Virus record (IMG/VR): IMGVR_UViG_3300047157_000186 | Direction: 5' to 3' (one strand) | Length of the DNA stretch: 64,000 bases | Origin: a virus | Lineage: Duplodnaviria; Caudoviricetes | Shown here: positions 27,591-36,798 of the stretch, in pieces | How positions within the stretch are numbered: position 1 is the first letter of the stretch | How the letters are laid out: every line of letters begins with the position of its first letter | The notes under the pieces: generated by a model | Told to the model about the DNA's origin: nothing | What the model saw: the letters and a program-made list of their open reading frames with translations, nothing else | Database searches by the model: none | Made by a program: the position numbers and the translations under genes

Positions 27591-27959
27591 ATGAAAACAT
27601 TTAATACATATTTAATTGAAAACGCTGTTAACGAACAGGATTTGGAACTTATTAATGAAGGTCTTCAAGAAACTTGGACTCCGGAGTTAGAAGAGAAAAT
27701 AGATGCAGCATTAGAATCTTTTGCTTCAGAATATCAAAATGAAGATGGTTCTTATGATATTGAGAGACTTAATGAAGAGATGACTAATGAAGGTTTCTTT
27801 GGATCAATTATTGGTGGACTTACCGGTTTTGCTTTAGGGAAATCTATTGGTAAAATGCTAGCAAAAGTTCTTGGTATTCAAAAAGGTGTGTTTTACGATT
27901 TATTAACTTCTAGACTTGTAGGTGCCGCATTAGGTGCAGCTCTAGGTAAAAAACTGTAA
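27591..27959 (+). CDS. Putative internal virion protein with capsid-targeting-like N-terminus and Gly-rich hydrophobic C-terminal helices
   Basis: N-terminus MKTFNTYLIE resembles the T4 IP capsid-targeting sequence MKTYQEFIAE; C-terminus GFFGSIIGGLTGFALGKSIG...VGAALGAALG. Confidence 0.5.
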   Translation: MKTFNTYLIENAVNEQDLELINEGLQETWTPELEEKIDAALESFASEYQNEDGSYDIERLNEEMTNEGFFGSIIGGLTGFALGKSIGKMLAKVLGIQKGVFYDLLTSRLVGAALGAALGKKL

Positions 27960-28610
27960 ATGAATTACTTAGCAGTAGATTTTTCTTTAAATTCTCCAGG
28001 TTTAGCCATATATAATGATAAAAAAAAGAGTTATCATTTTATTAGTTACATAAAACCAAAAACAGGAACTAAAGCAGAACAAAGACTTCAAGAAGAGATT
28101 TCTTTATTAGAAGATGTTACTTTAGTTAATCAACCTGATTTTACAAACAATGAATCTTTCTCAAGTGCCGAACTCTTAAAGGTAAAGAGATATGATAAAA
28201 TGGCTGATGATTTAATCAACCTAATATTACAAAATTCTTTTGAAGGTGATGGTTTCACTATAGCATTTGAAGGTACTTCTTATGGTTCTAAGATGGGAAC
28301 TAATAATATGATTGACATGGCAGCAGGAGCCGCAATCTTAAAGCTTAAACTTTTAAAGACCTTAAATCCAGAAGATTTACTTACTGTTGCTCCTACCACA
28401 ATTAAGAAGTTTGCAGGTAAAGGTAATATGAATAAACTACAATTATTTGAAGCTTACCAAAAAAATGTGAACGAAGACCAAATCTTGGCTAAAAGCCCTT
28501 TGTGGAAAATAGTTAAAGACCTAGAAATTGGGAAGAAGATCCCGAAGCCTTTGGATGACTTAGTTGACGCTTATTTTCTCGCAGCATACGTTTCAAACCT
28601 CCAAGCCTAA
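27960..28610 (+). CDS. RuvC-like Holliday junction resolvase / RNase H-fold nuclease
   Basis: Acidic triad pattern LAVDFSLNSPG, IAFEG, DDLVDAYFLA, plus VAPTTIKKFAGKGNMNK. Confidence 0.75.
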   Translation: MNYLAVDFSLNSPGLAIYNDKKKSYHFISYIKPKTGTKAEQRLQEEISLLEDVTLVNQPDFTNNESFSSAELLKVKRYDKMADDLINLILQNSFEGDGFTIAFEGTSYGSKMGTNNMIDMAAGAAILKLKLLKTLNPEDLLTVAPTTIKKFAGKGNMNKLQLFEAYQKNVNEDQILAKSPLWKIVKDLEIGKKIPKPLDDLVDAYFLAAYVSNLQA

Positions 28611-28636
28611 TCTAACTTCTGGCTTAACTAACATTT

Positions 28637-28666
28637 GTTATATGCACTTGCCGAAAAACTGTTTCA
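28637..28666 (-). promoter_or_regulatory. Reverse-strand promoter-like TGAAAC-N18-TATAAC pointing into the RuvC-like gene
   Basis: Reverse complement reads TGAAACAGTTTTTCGGCAAGTGCATATAAC. Confidence 0.35.
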
Positions 28667-28701
28667 TTTTATTTTAAAAAAAATTAAAATTAATCCCAGG
28701 T

Positions 28702-28730
28702 GAAACAAATTAAAGGTTAGATATATAATA
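28702..28730 (+). promoter_or_regulatory. Compound promoter: GAAAC-N17-TATAAT overlapping GATATATAATA
   Basis: Both recurring motifs coincide upstream of the small ORF at 28757. Confidence 0.55.
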
Positions 28731-28756
28731 AGTATAATAACAAAAGTATTAATTAC

Positions 28757-28927
28757 ATGTTAGTTACAACAGATTACCTTCGTTTATTAAGCATCCTACA
28801 AAAAATGGTGATAGCGAACCAGCTTACTGAAAAGCAAGCGTCAGAGTTACTTCACAAATCAGGACTGATTAAGTTAAAGGAGAATAAATGGAAGGAACCT
28901 TCTGGAGCAATCTTAACAATTAATTGA
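28757..28927 (+). CDS. Small hypothetical protein (56 aa)
   Basis: MLVTTDYLRLLSILQKMVIANQLTEKQASELLHKSGLIKLKENKWKEPSGAILTIN; below the ORF-track cutoff; lies directly downstream of a promoter motif. Confidence 0.5.
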   Translation: MLVTTDYLRLLSILQKMVIANQLTEKQASELLHKSGLIKLKENKWKEPSGAILTIN

Positions 28928-28953
28928 AACTATTTATTATTATACAATATAAG
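28926..28953 (+). promoter_or_regulatory. Bipartite promoter GAAAC-N17-TATAAG
   Basis: Upstream of the SSB gene; conserved 17-nt spacer. Confidence 0.5.
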
Positions 28954-29016
28954 GAAACGAAAGAACATTAAAGTAATTTCAAGGTATTAACAAAACAAAC
29001 TAAACAATTTAAAGGT

Positions 29017-29939
29017 ATGAGTGATTCATTTGACATTTTTAACTTGGGCGTGGAAGACGTAGAAACGCACCAAGTGAAAGCAAGTAGTTCTACTAACGAA
29101 GATCTACAAACCAACAGCAGACGATGGTAAAGACGGAACTTACAAAGCATTAATACGTTTTGTGCCAAATCCAGAAAACCCTCGTAATTCCCTAATCCAA
29201 AAATATGTACACTGGTTAACAAACTCTAGTGGCGATGGTAAATTAGTTGATTCTCCAGCAACAATCGGAGAAAAATGCCCTATCGCAGATGTATTCTGGA
29301 AGTTGCGTAAATCAGATTCAGCTGTAGATAGAAAATCTTCAGATAAACTAAAAAGACGCCAACAGTACTATTCTTTAGTAAAGATCGTAAAAGATCCACA
29401 AAATCCAGAACTAGAAGGTACTTACAAAGTATTTAAATTTGGATATAAAATTAAAGAAAAGATAGACGCAGAATTAAAACCAAACTTTGGTGAGCCAACA
29501 CAAGTATTCGACCTATTCGAAGGTAAGAACTTTGAGTTAGTTATCACTAGACAAGGTGAATATAATAACTACGATAATCTAAATTTTCTTCTAGTAAGTC
29601 AGCTATTATTATGGGCGATGCTCCAGCAGAAAGTAGTAAAGAAACTATGACTACTATCAAAGAAGAGTTAGAAGCAGCTCCTTCATTAAAAGGATATGAT
29701 TATCAAAGCATGGGACGAAGATACAAGATCATTTGTAAATGATGTATTAAGAATGTATCTTAATCCGGGTGATTCTATTGCATCGAGTGACATCAAGTGC
29801 TCCAAAGGCAGCAACTAAAACTGCAACAGCAGTAAAAGAAAAACCAGCGGCAGCACCAGTGACTTCAACGTCGGAATCAACTTCAAGTGTATCAACAGAT
29901 GATGATCTAGATTCTTTCTTGAATGACCTCGACATCTAA
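29017..29939 (+). CDS. gp32: Single-stranded DNA-binding protein, T4 gp32-like (apparent frameshifts)
   Basis: YKPTADDGKDGTYKALIRFVPNP, CPI and VFKFGYKIKEKI, with an acidic C-terminal tail DDDLDSFLNDLDI; pieces lie in different frames with breaks near 29100 and 29580-29710. Confidence 0.8.
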
Positions 29940-31005
29940 TAACAATATAGAACTTACTGAAGAGCTTAAAGGATAAAATAAGATATGCACTTAACAAGTA
30001 GTATCTCAAATACATTCTACTCCTAATAAGAAGCTACTAAAGGACATGCATGGGCGAATAACCTGTGCATGTCCTTATTGTGGTGATTCTCACTGAAGAC
30101 GATACCAAGAAAAGAGGTAATATATTTTGGGATACACTACAGTATCATTGTTATAATTGTAGTTATCATACTAATCTATATTCTTTTTTAAAAGATCATG
30201 ATGTTAAGATGCCTAACATCTAATGACTCTTTTATGGTTATCGACTATATCAAACAAAATAAAATACAGGTAAACCCAGAGTCTGTATTGAAACACCAGG
30301 CGCTAGAAAAGATACATAATCTAGCAATTGATGTTGAAGAATTCAAGAAACATTTTAAAGCTAAAGTAATAGAACCAGGTGATTGGATTTGGTTTCAATT
30401 AAAGATAGGTTATTACATAAAAAATCTGAAGAATTTCTATATTCAGATAAAGAGTTTCGTTTTGGATTCTTAAATATAGTACAGATGGTAAAATTATAGG
30501 TGCACAACCAGTAGAATGAAAGGGTATGGGACAGAGATATTTAACTTATGATTTGCCAAAATTATATGAAGAAATGGGTAAGCCATTAGAAATGAGCAAT
30601 GAGGAACTAAACACACTTGCAAAGATATCAACACTTTTTGGAATTATGCAATTAAATTTCCAAAGACCAGTAACAATGTTCGAAGGTCCTTTAGATGCTA
30701 AAGTTTATGCATAACTCGTTGGCCTTAGCAACTGCAGGTAGATCAACTGATGAATTTGATGAGATACCAACTGTAGGTATATGTTTGATAATGACGCAAC
30801 GGGTAAAAAGAAAATGGCAGAAAAGTTAAAGAAAGGCAGACCCGTTTTTATGTGGTCTAAATTTCTTAGCGAAAATAAACTAGATACATATAATATTAAG
30901 GATCTAAATGATTTAATATTGAAGTGTTTTGAGCTTAAAATCGATGCTCACAAAAAGATCGATAATTATTTCACTTCTAATCAATTAGATTTATGGTATG
31001 TATAG
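29923..31005 (+). CDS. gp61: DNA primase, T4 gp61-like (multiple apparent frameshifts)
   Basis: Zn-finger CACPYCGDS...KKRGN, TOPRIM-like MFEGPLDA, MFDNDATG and KDLND in successive frames. Confidence 0.75.
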
Positions 31006-31214
31006 AAACGATTAACAACATGGTTGAGGATAACTTTGATGAGTTCCAAAAAGACAGTGATAGATTTAAGGGTATGAAACTTTTGATAGATTTCAAGCCA
31101 TTAGATCTTAGCGTCAATTCTCCAGAAATGGAAATGCCAAAACCTAAATTTAAGAAGAGGCAAATAACATCAAAATTTATTAAACCAAATCCTAACAAGA
31201 AATCATTATTTTAA
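30993..31214 (+). CDS. Hypothetical protein
   Basis: 73-aa ORF between primase and UvsY; no recognisable motif. Confidence 0.4.
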   Translation: MVCIETINNMVEDNFDEFQKDSDRFKGMKLLIDFKPLDLSVNSPEMEMPKPKFKKRQITSKFIKPNPNKKSLF

Positions 31215-31215
31215 T

Positions 31216-31638
31216 ATGACTAAAGAAAACATACTAGCATTAGACGGAAAAGTTAAGTAGACAAAGAACTGAGTGGACAAACAATATAAAAAAGTTGGCA
31301 CAGAGTTTGAGAAACTTAAATTTAATGGAAGAAACAATTGCTGAAGTTTTATCTTCGCGTCAATCTCTAGTAGAACAAATGCATATTTAAATATGAAAGT
31401 AAAAGAACAAAAAGCAAAAGTAGCTATTAGATATAGAGAAGCCTATATTAGATACTATGAATATGATTATAAACTCGGTGAAAAACAAAAAGAAAGATTT
31501 ATAGAGACAGACTTAGCAGACGAAAACATGATATTGTCTCATCTAGAAAATCAAGTTGAGTTTTTTAAAGATTCGGTAAAAACCCTAGATAATATGGGAT
31601 TTGCCATTCGTAATAGACTAGCATTAAAAGATCTATAA
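31216..31638 (+). CDS. uvsY: Recombination mediator UvsY-like (frameshifted 5' part)
   Basis: C-terminal VEFFKDSVKTLDNMGFAIRNRL resembles UvsY (..L..I..RGF.IKNAI); directly upstream of UvsW as in T4-like phages. Confidence 0.55.
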
Positions 31639-31663
31639 CGAAAAATAAAAATGCTCTAACAAT

Positions 31664-33172
31664 GTGGAGCTTAGTTTAACTGAAAATAAACAGTTGCTAC
31701 GTATTGATGAAGCAACTGAATTAGAACTGGAACAACTCAATATTTCTTTAAATAGAAGAATTGATTCATGGCGATTTAATCCTTTGGTTAAAAAGGGTTT
31801 ATGGGATGGATATGTTTCATATATAAAAGATGATAAATGGATTCCTTCAGGATTATGGAGAGAAGTCATGCAGATATGTAAAGAATATAAATTTGAGTTT
31901 AAACTCAATGGTATTACTGACATGTTTGATACCAATATTAATCAAGAAAAATTTACAAAATGGGCTTTAGACTTTTTCGAAAAGTCAGAGATAACTCCAA
32001 GAGATTATCAAATAGAGGCAGCATTTAATATACTAAAATTTAGAAGATGCTTAAGTGAGCTTGCAACTTCTGCGGGTAAAACACTGATATCATTCTTAAC
32101 AGTATCATATTTACTAGAACAACAAAAAGCAAAAAAGATTTTATTTATTGTACCCAATGTATCATTAGTTGTACAAGCGAGTGAAGATTTTCTAGACTAT
32201 AATTATAGAAATGCAATAGATATTAAGGTACAGCAAATATACAGTGGTCAAAAATTAAGGCCAGGTAGGAATGTTATTATTGGAACATATCAATCACTTG
32301 TTAAAAAAGATAAAGCATATTTTGCAGAATTTGATGCAGTAATTGTTGATGAAACACACAAAGCAAAATCAGCCTCTATTAAAACTATTTTACAAAAGTG
32401 TATTAATGCAGATTATAAATATGGTTTATCTGGAACTATTCCAAAAGAAGGCACATTAGATAGATTAACACTAATGGCATATACTGGTCCATTAATTACA
32501 GAAATAAGTGCACATTATTTACAAAACGAAGGGCATATAGCAGGTTGTAAAGTAAAGGTAATTAAAATGGACTATGCACCTCAATCTACAAAAGACGCAT
32601 TTAGAGAAATGTCCCAGAATAGATATGAAAGTAAAGACGTTTTTAAATTTGAGCAAAACTATGTGATCAATTCACCTGGAAGACTTAATTTTATAACAAG
32701 TATTATCTCCAGGGTTAAGGGTAATAGTTTAGTTCTTTTTCATAGAATTGAACATGGTAAAAAAATATATGAAAAACTCAGACAAGAGAGTGATAAATCT
32801 GTTTATTATGTTGATGGTGGAATTGATAAAGATATTAGGGAAGAACACAAAAAGAAAATGGAAGCTGGAAACCAAGTCGTCATTGTCGCTTCATATGGTA
32901 CATTCTCAACTGGTATATCCATCAAGAAAATCCACAACATATTCTTCACAGAATCATTTAAATCGGAAGTAATTATTAGACAATCTATCGGTAGAGGTTT
33001 AAGGCAACATAGCTCTAAAGACTCGGTCAATATTATAGATTTTGTAGATGATTTAAGTTCTCCTGATTGGGACAACTATCTAATAAGACACTCCAAAGAA
33101 AGACAAAGGATCTACAAGGAACAGAAGTTTAAGTATGATATAAAAAATGTAGATTTTGAAGGAGATATATAA
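31664..33172 (+). CDS. uvsW: SF2 DNA helicase UvsW
   Basis: PRDYQ Q-motif, ATSAGKT Walker A, IVDETH, GLSGT, QSIGRGLR. Confidence 0.92.
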   Translation: MELSLTENKQLLRIDEATELELEQLNISLNRRIDSWRFNPLVKKGLWDGYVSYIKDDKWIPSGLWREVMQICKEYKFEFKLNGITDMFDTNINQEKFTKWALDFFEKSEITPRDYQIEAAFNILKFRRCLSELATSAGKTLISFLTVSYLLEQQKAKKILFIVPNVSLVVQASEDFLDYNYRNAIDIKVQQIYSGQKLRPGRNVIIGTYQSLVKKDKAYFAEFDAVIVDETHKAKSASIKTILQKCINADYKYGLSGTIPKEGTLDRLTLMAYTGPLITEISAHYLQNEGHIAGCKVKVIKMDYAPQSTKDAFREMSQNRYESKDVFKFEQNYVINSPGRLNFITSIISRVKGNSLVLFHRIEHGKKIYEKLRQESDKSVYYVDGGIDKDIREEHKKKMEAGNQVVIVASYGTFSTGISIKKIHNIFFTESFKSEVIIRQSIGRGLRQHSSKDSVNIIDFVDDLSSPDWDNYLIRHSKERQRIYKEQKFKYDIKNVDFEGDI

Positions 33173-33174
33173 TA
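33164..33174 (+). promoter_or_regulatory. Late-type promoter motif GATATATAATA
   Basis: Overlaps the uvsW stop codon, upstream of the internal-protein array. Confidence 0.5.
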
Positions 33175-33205
33175 AAATAATAACATACAAAAAAATAACA
33201 ACACT

Positions 33206-35503
33206 ATGTATAAATTAAAATCTTTTGATCAGTTTTCTACTGAATCACAAATCAATAGATCTAGACAAGTAGAAGAAGAAAACTCTACTAAAAGAAGTAC
33301 TGAAGCAGAAACATATAAAAATTTACTTGGTGAATTTAAAGTTACTTCTATCAAAGAATTAACTGAAGAGCAAAGAATCGAATTTTTTACTAAGTTAAGA
33401 GGCGCTGAGATTAACGAAGCAACTGTTTTAATTGAAGAAGGAACTAGAGGACAAATTGGTAAAATCGATAAAAAAGGAAATATCACTTCTGTATATATGC
33501 ATTATGATTCATATCCTGAAAACATATTACCTATTATAACTTCAACTTTTAAAGATGGTAAAAATGTAGATTTTATTCTTAAGAATGGAGACAGTTCGGG
33601 TTTAGATAAAGATGTTAAGAAGATTAATTTCTACGGGAACTTTACAGCGTCTAAGGGTAAAATTGCTAATATATCTAAATATCTAAGGGATGTTGCTGAT
33701 GGCGGCGGCGCTGAATTCGTATACTTATGGGATGAAGCCAACAAAGAATGGTTAATGGCAGACATTTACGGTAAAGGATATGATGATGTTTACCCAGCGT
33801 TTGAATCTTTAACTACTTCAGTAAATGAAGCTATTTCAGTTCAATATAAAAGAGACGCAAAAAAAGTTTTAACAGTTTATAAAAATTTATTTACTAAGAA
33901 ACTAACAGATTTTGGTGCAATGGACAAAGTAGGTACATTAGGTTGTATTAAGTATCTTTTTGAAGAAGCGATGACAGATGCTAATTTCCACAGAGAGAAA
34001 GTTATATCTAAGAATATTAAAGGTAGAATAGGTTCATTTGAATTAAAAGTAGCAGGTTTAGGTAATCACTTTTTAACAATAGGTGCTACTACTACAAAAA
34101 GAATTTTAGATAAACATTATAGTGACCTTGCAAATGCAGCTGGTTGGTCAGGAATCGGAATTGTTGAAGGTACTGCTCTTTATTTAGAGAGTATTAAAGA
34201 AGAAGCTTCAGGTCAAGCTTTATTAAATGCGTTTAACATGTTTGAGTCATTTGCGTATGACGAAGGAGATGCTATCAATGAGAAATCATATGATAAAAAG
34301 TCTTTAATGAAAGCTATGAAAGCAGATGATGGCATGATTCAATTAGGAAATGGACAAGAGTATGTTATTTATGCATATGGTAATGGCAACGATAACAATG
34401 ATGATATGTGGGGAGATAAAACAATCTTTGGATTAGATCAAGACGGAGAAGAACATGAGATTAAATATTCTGACATTGTAAGTTATAATGAAGCTACTGT
34501 AGTAATGGATGCAATGGATCCTAAATCAAAGATACTTAAAAAACTTTTAAAGAAACATAACGTTAAAATGAAAGTTTTAGATCCTAGTGGACCAAGTGGT
34601 TGGCCAGAGGTTGAAATGACAGGTTCAAGAGAAGATCTGCAAGCAGTTTTAGCATCTGAAGATGGTTGGGACGACGCTGGTCTAGAAGAATATATTGAAG
34701 AATCAGTAGTTACTGAATCACACCCAAAATGTTCAAATAAAAAAGGACATGCATACAAAGAAATTGACAAAGACGGAACTGTAGAATGTGAATATTGTGG
34801 TTTAAGAAATTCATTAAGCGAATCAGGGGTTACTGAAGCTAAATTTGTTAAAGAGTTTGACGAGGCTGTTTTAAAAGCAACTACACAAGAAGAGGTTCTT
34901 GAAATTTATCCAAACGCAGAATTCTTTATTGGCAAATCAGATCATTTCTTTGGAGAGTTTGATGAAAATTTATTCTTTAAAGCATATTATACCAAAGGAC
35001 AAAAAGAATTTGAAATCAAGTCAATTTATTCTGAAAAAAACAGTAACTATGTTCACTTATATAATGAATCAGTAGTTACTGAAGCTAAAGGCTTTAAAAA
35101 CACAACAGATTTCGAAAAATTCTTAATAGAAATTGATGGAATGGGAGAAGCTCAAATTAAAAAGATAATGGGTAAAGATTATATCGATACTCCTGGTTAT
35201 TATCAAGATGAAAAAGATGATTATGATGATGTGGAAGATTTTATGAGATCTAATATGGGCACTTCAGAATTTGAAAAACTTGAATCATGGTGGGAAAGCA
35301 ACGTTGCAGAATCAGTAGTTACTGAAGCTGAAGTTAATTCAGATGAAGAATTTGAAGAATATGCGGTAACTGTTTTACAAAAAGCATTTGGAGAAGATTT
35401 TGACGAAGCTAAATCTAAAAAAGTTATAGACGGTATTTTATCTAAAGCAGATGGAGATTATGGTACTGCAGTTGGTATGCTAACTAGCTCGTTAGGACAA
35501 TAA
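33206..35503 (+). CDS. Putative internal-head polyprotein: capsid-targeting-like leader plus modules separated by x-x-E / ESVVTE sites
   Basis: MYKLKSFDQFSTE leader; repeated EINE, SVNE, AINE, SYNE and four ES(V/G)VTE junctions. Confidence 0.6.
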   Translation: MYKLKSFDQFSTESQINRSRQVEEENSTKRSTEAETYKNLLGEFKVTSIKELTEEQRIEFFTKLRGAEINEATVLIEEGTRGQIGKIDKKGNITSVYMHYDSYPENILPIITSTFKDGKNVDFILKNGDSSGLDKDVKKINFYGNFTASKGKIANISKYLRDVADGGGAEFVYLWDEANKEWLMADIYGKGYDDVYPAFESLTTSVNEAISVQYKRDAKKVLTVYKNLFTKKLTDFGAMDKVGTLGCIKYLFEEAMTDANFHREKVISKNIKGRIGSFELKVAGLGNHFLTIGATTTKRILDKHYSDLANAAGWSGIGIVEGTALYLESIKEEASGQALLNAFNMFESFAYDEGDAINEKSYDKKSLMKAMKADDGMIQLGNGQEYVIYAYGNGNDNNDDMWGDKTIFGLDQDGEEHEIKYSDIVSYNEATVVMDAMDPKSKILKKLLKKHNVKMKVLDPSGPSGWPEVEMTGSREDLQAVLASEDGWDDAGLEEYIEESVVTESHPKCSNKKGHAYKEIDKDGTVECEYCGLRNSLSESGVTEAKFVKEFDEAVLKATTQEEVLEIYPNAEFFIGKSDHFFGEFDENLFFKAYYTKGQKEFEIKSIYSEKNSNYVHLYNESVVTEAKGFKNTTDFEKFLIEIDGMGEAQIKKIMGKDYIDTPGYYQDEKDDYDDVEDFMRSNMGTSEFEKLESWWESNVAESVVTEAEVNSDEEFEEYAVTVLQKAFGEDFDEAKSKKVIDGILSKADGDYGTAVGMLTSSLGQ
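34700..35326 (+). repeat. Dispersed 18-bp repeat GAATCAGTAGTTACTGAA (ESVVTE linker)
   Basis: Identical copies at 34700-34717, 35066-35083 and 35309-35326; variant GAATCAGGGGTTACTGAA at 34820-34837; flanking modules are unrelated. Confidence 0.9.
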
Positions 35504-35511
35504 TAAAATAA

Positions 35512-35519
35512 GATAAATA
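35512..35519 (+). promoter_or_regulatory. Late-type promoter motif GATAAATA
   Basis: Immediately upstream of 35524. Confidence 0.45.
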
Positions 35520-35523
35520 CCTT

Positions 35524-36798
35524 ATGAAGATCTTTACTAATTTCAATGAATTTATAACTGAGAGTGTACGTACTAGTACAACTGAGTCCCTTATTTTAGA
35601 AGGTGGAGCAGCGGGCCATATGTCACATCCATTTGATGAAAAAGATTTAACATTCGGTGACTTTAAAAAAATTGTTGAAGCTGGTCTTCAAGGAGAATTA
35701 AACTTTGAAGAGGTTGCAACAGAAAAAACAGACGGCCAAAATTTATTTGCCACCGTAAGAAACGGAGTTACTCTATTTTCTAGAAATAAAGGCCAATTAA
35801 TTAGCCCAGTCGATTTAGCCGGTATTATAAAAATGTTTGAACAGCATGAAGTTCCCTTAGTAAGAGAAACATACGTGTTTGCTGCTAAAGACCTAAATGA
35901 AGCTCTTCCAAAGATGAAGGATCAGTCTATATTTAATGAAGGTAAGAACTTTATTAATATGGAATTAATTTACTCTAAGAATCCTAATGTTATTTATTAT
36001 GAAAGAGATGTTTTACAATTCCATGATATTAAGGAAACTGATGGAAATGGAAATATTATTGGAGAGCAAAAAATAGCAGGAGAGCTGGTTTCCGCATTAA
36101 AAGAAGTTGATGCTGATGTTCAAAAAACATTTACAATAATTCCCCCTCAAATATTAAAATTAGGAAAAGATATTGATTTCGAAAAAAATCAATCTAAATT
36201 CATCAAAAAGATTGAAGCACTAAGAGATCGTTATGGTTTATTAGATACTGATTCAGTTTCAAGATATCACGAAATGTGGTGGAGAGAAACTATAGATAGA
36301 AACTTTCCAGATACAGAACAAGATTATAAAGAAGGTTTATTATTAAGATGGGCTTATGGTGATAAGAAGACTTTAAACATGAGATCTTTAGACAAATCGT
36401 TAGGTAAAGATAAAGCATCTCTTATTAAGAAATTTGACAAAGAAGATGTTAAAAAGAAATATAAAGAAAACATTAGACCGTTTGAAGATTTATTCTTAGA
36501 ACTAGGATCTATAATTCTTAAAAATGCTTCTAATTTTGTAGCAGCAAATCCAGACAAGGAAATGCAAAGATTACATAATCAAATAAGAACAGAAGCTGAA
36601 GCTATTAAAAAAACCGGAGGTGAAGCTCAAATTGCAAGAGTAGAAGCTGAACTTGCCAGATTAGATAGAATTGGAGGAATAGAATCTATTATACCAACTG
36701 AAGGAATAGTTTTTGTGTACAAAGGAAAAACAATGAAATTAACAGGTACGTTTGCAGCCATTAATCAATTAATGGGTATCATAAAATACGGAAGATAA
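35524..36798 (+). CDS. RNA-ligase-fold (covalent nucleotidyltransferase) protein, DUF6267-like, with capsid-targeting-like leader
   Basis: Leader MKIFTNFNEFITE; EGGAAGHMSHPFD; motif I TEKTDGQN, III NMELI, IV TEGIVF, V MKLTG. Confidence 0.6.
   Translation: MKIFTNFNEFITESVRTSTTESLILEGGAAGHMSHPFDEKDLTFGDFKKIVEAGLQGELNFEEVATEKTDGQNLFATVRNGVTLFSRNKGQLISPVDLAGIIKMFEQHEVPLVRETYVFAAKDLNEALPKMKDQSIFNEGKNFINMELIYSKNPNVIYYERDVLQFHDIKETDGNGNIIGEQKIAGELVSALKEVDADVQKTFTIIPPQILKLGKDIDFEKNQSKFIKKIEALRDRYGLLDTDSVSRYHEMWWRETIDRNFPDTEQDYKEGLLLRWAYGDKKTLNMRSLDKSLGKDKASLIKKFDKEDVKKKYKENIRPFEDLFLELGSIILKNASNFVAANPDKEMQRLHNQIRTEAEAIKKTGGEAQIARVEAELARLDRIGGIESIIPTEGIVFVYKGKTMKLTGTFAAINQLMGIIKYGR

Noticed and set aside
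28593-28634. Minus-strand micro-ORF MLVKPEVRLGLEV
   Set aside because: The ATG is only 3 nt from the -10 box, so it would lie upstream of the likely transcription start; 13 codons only.
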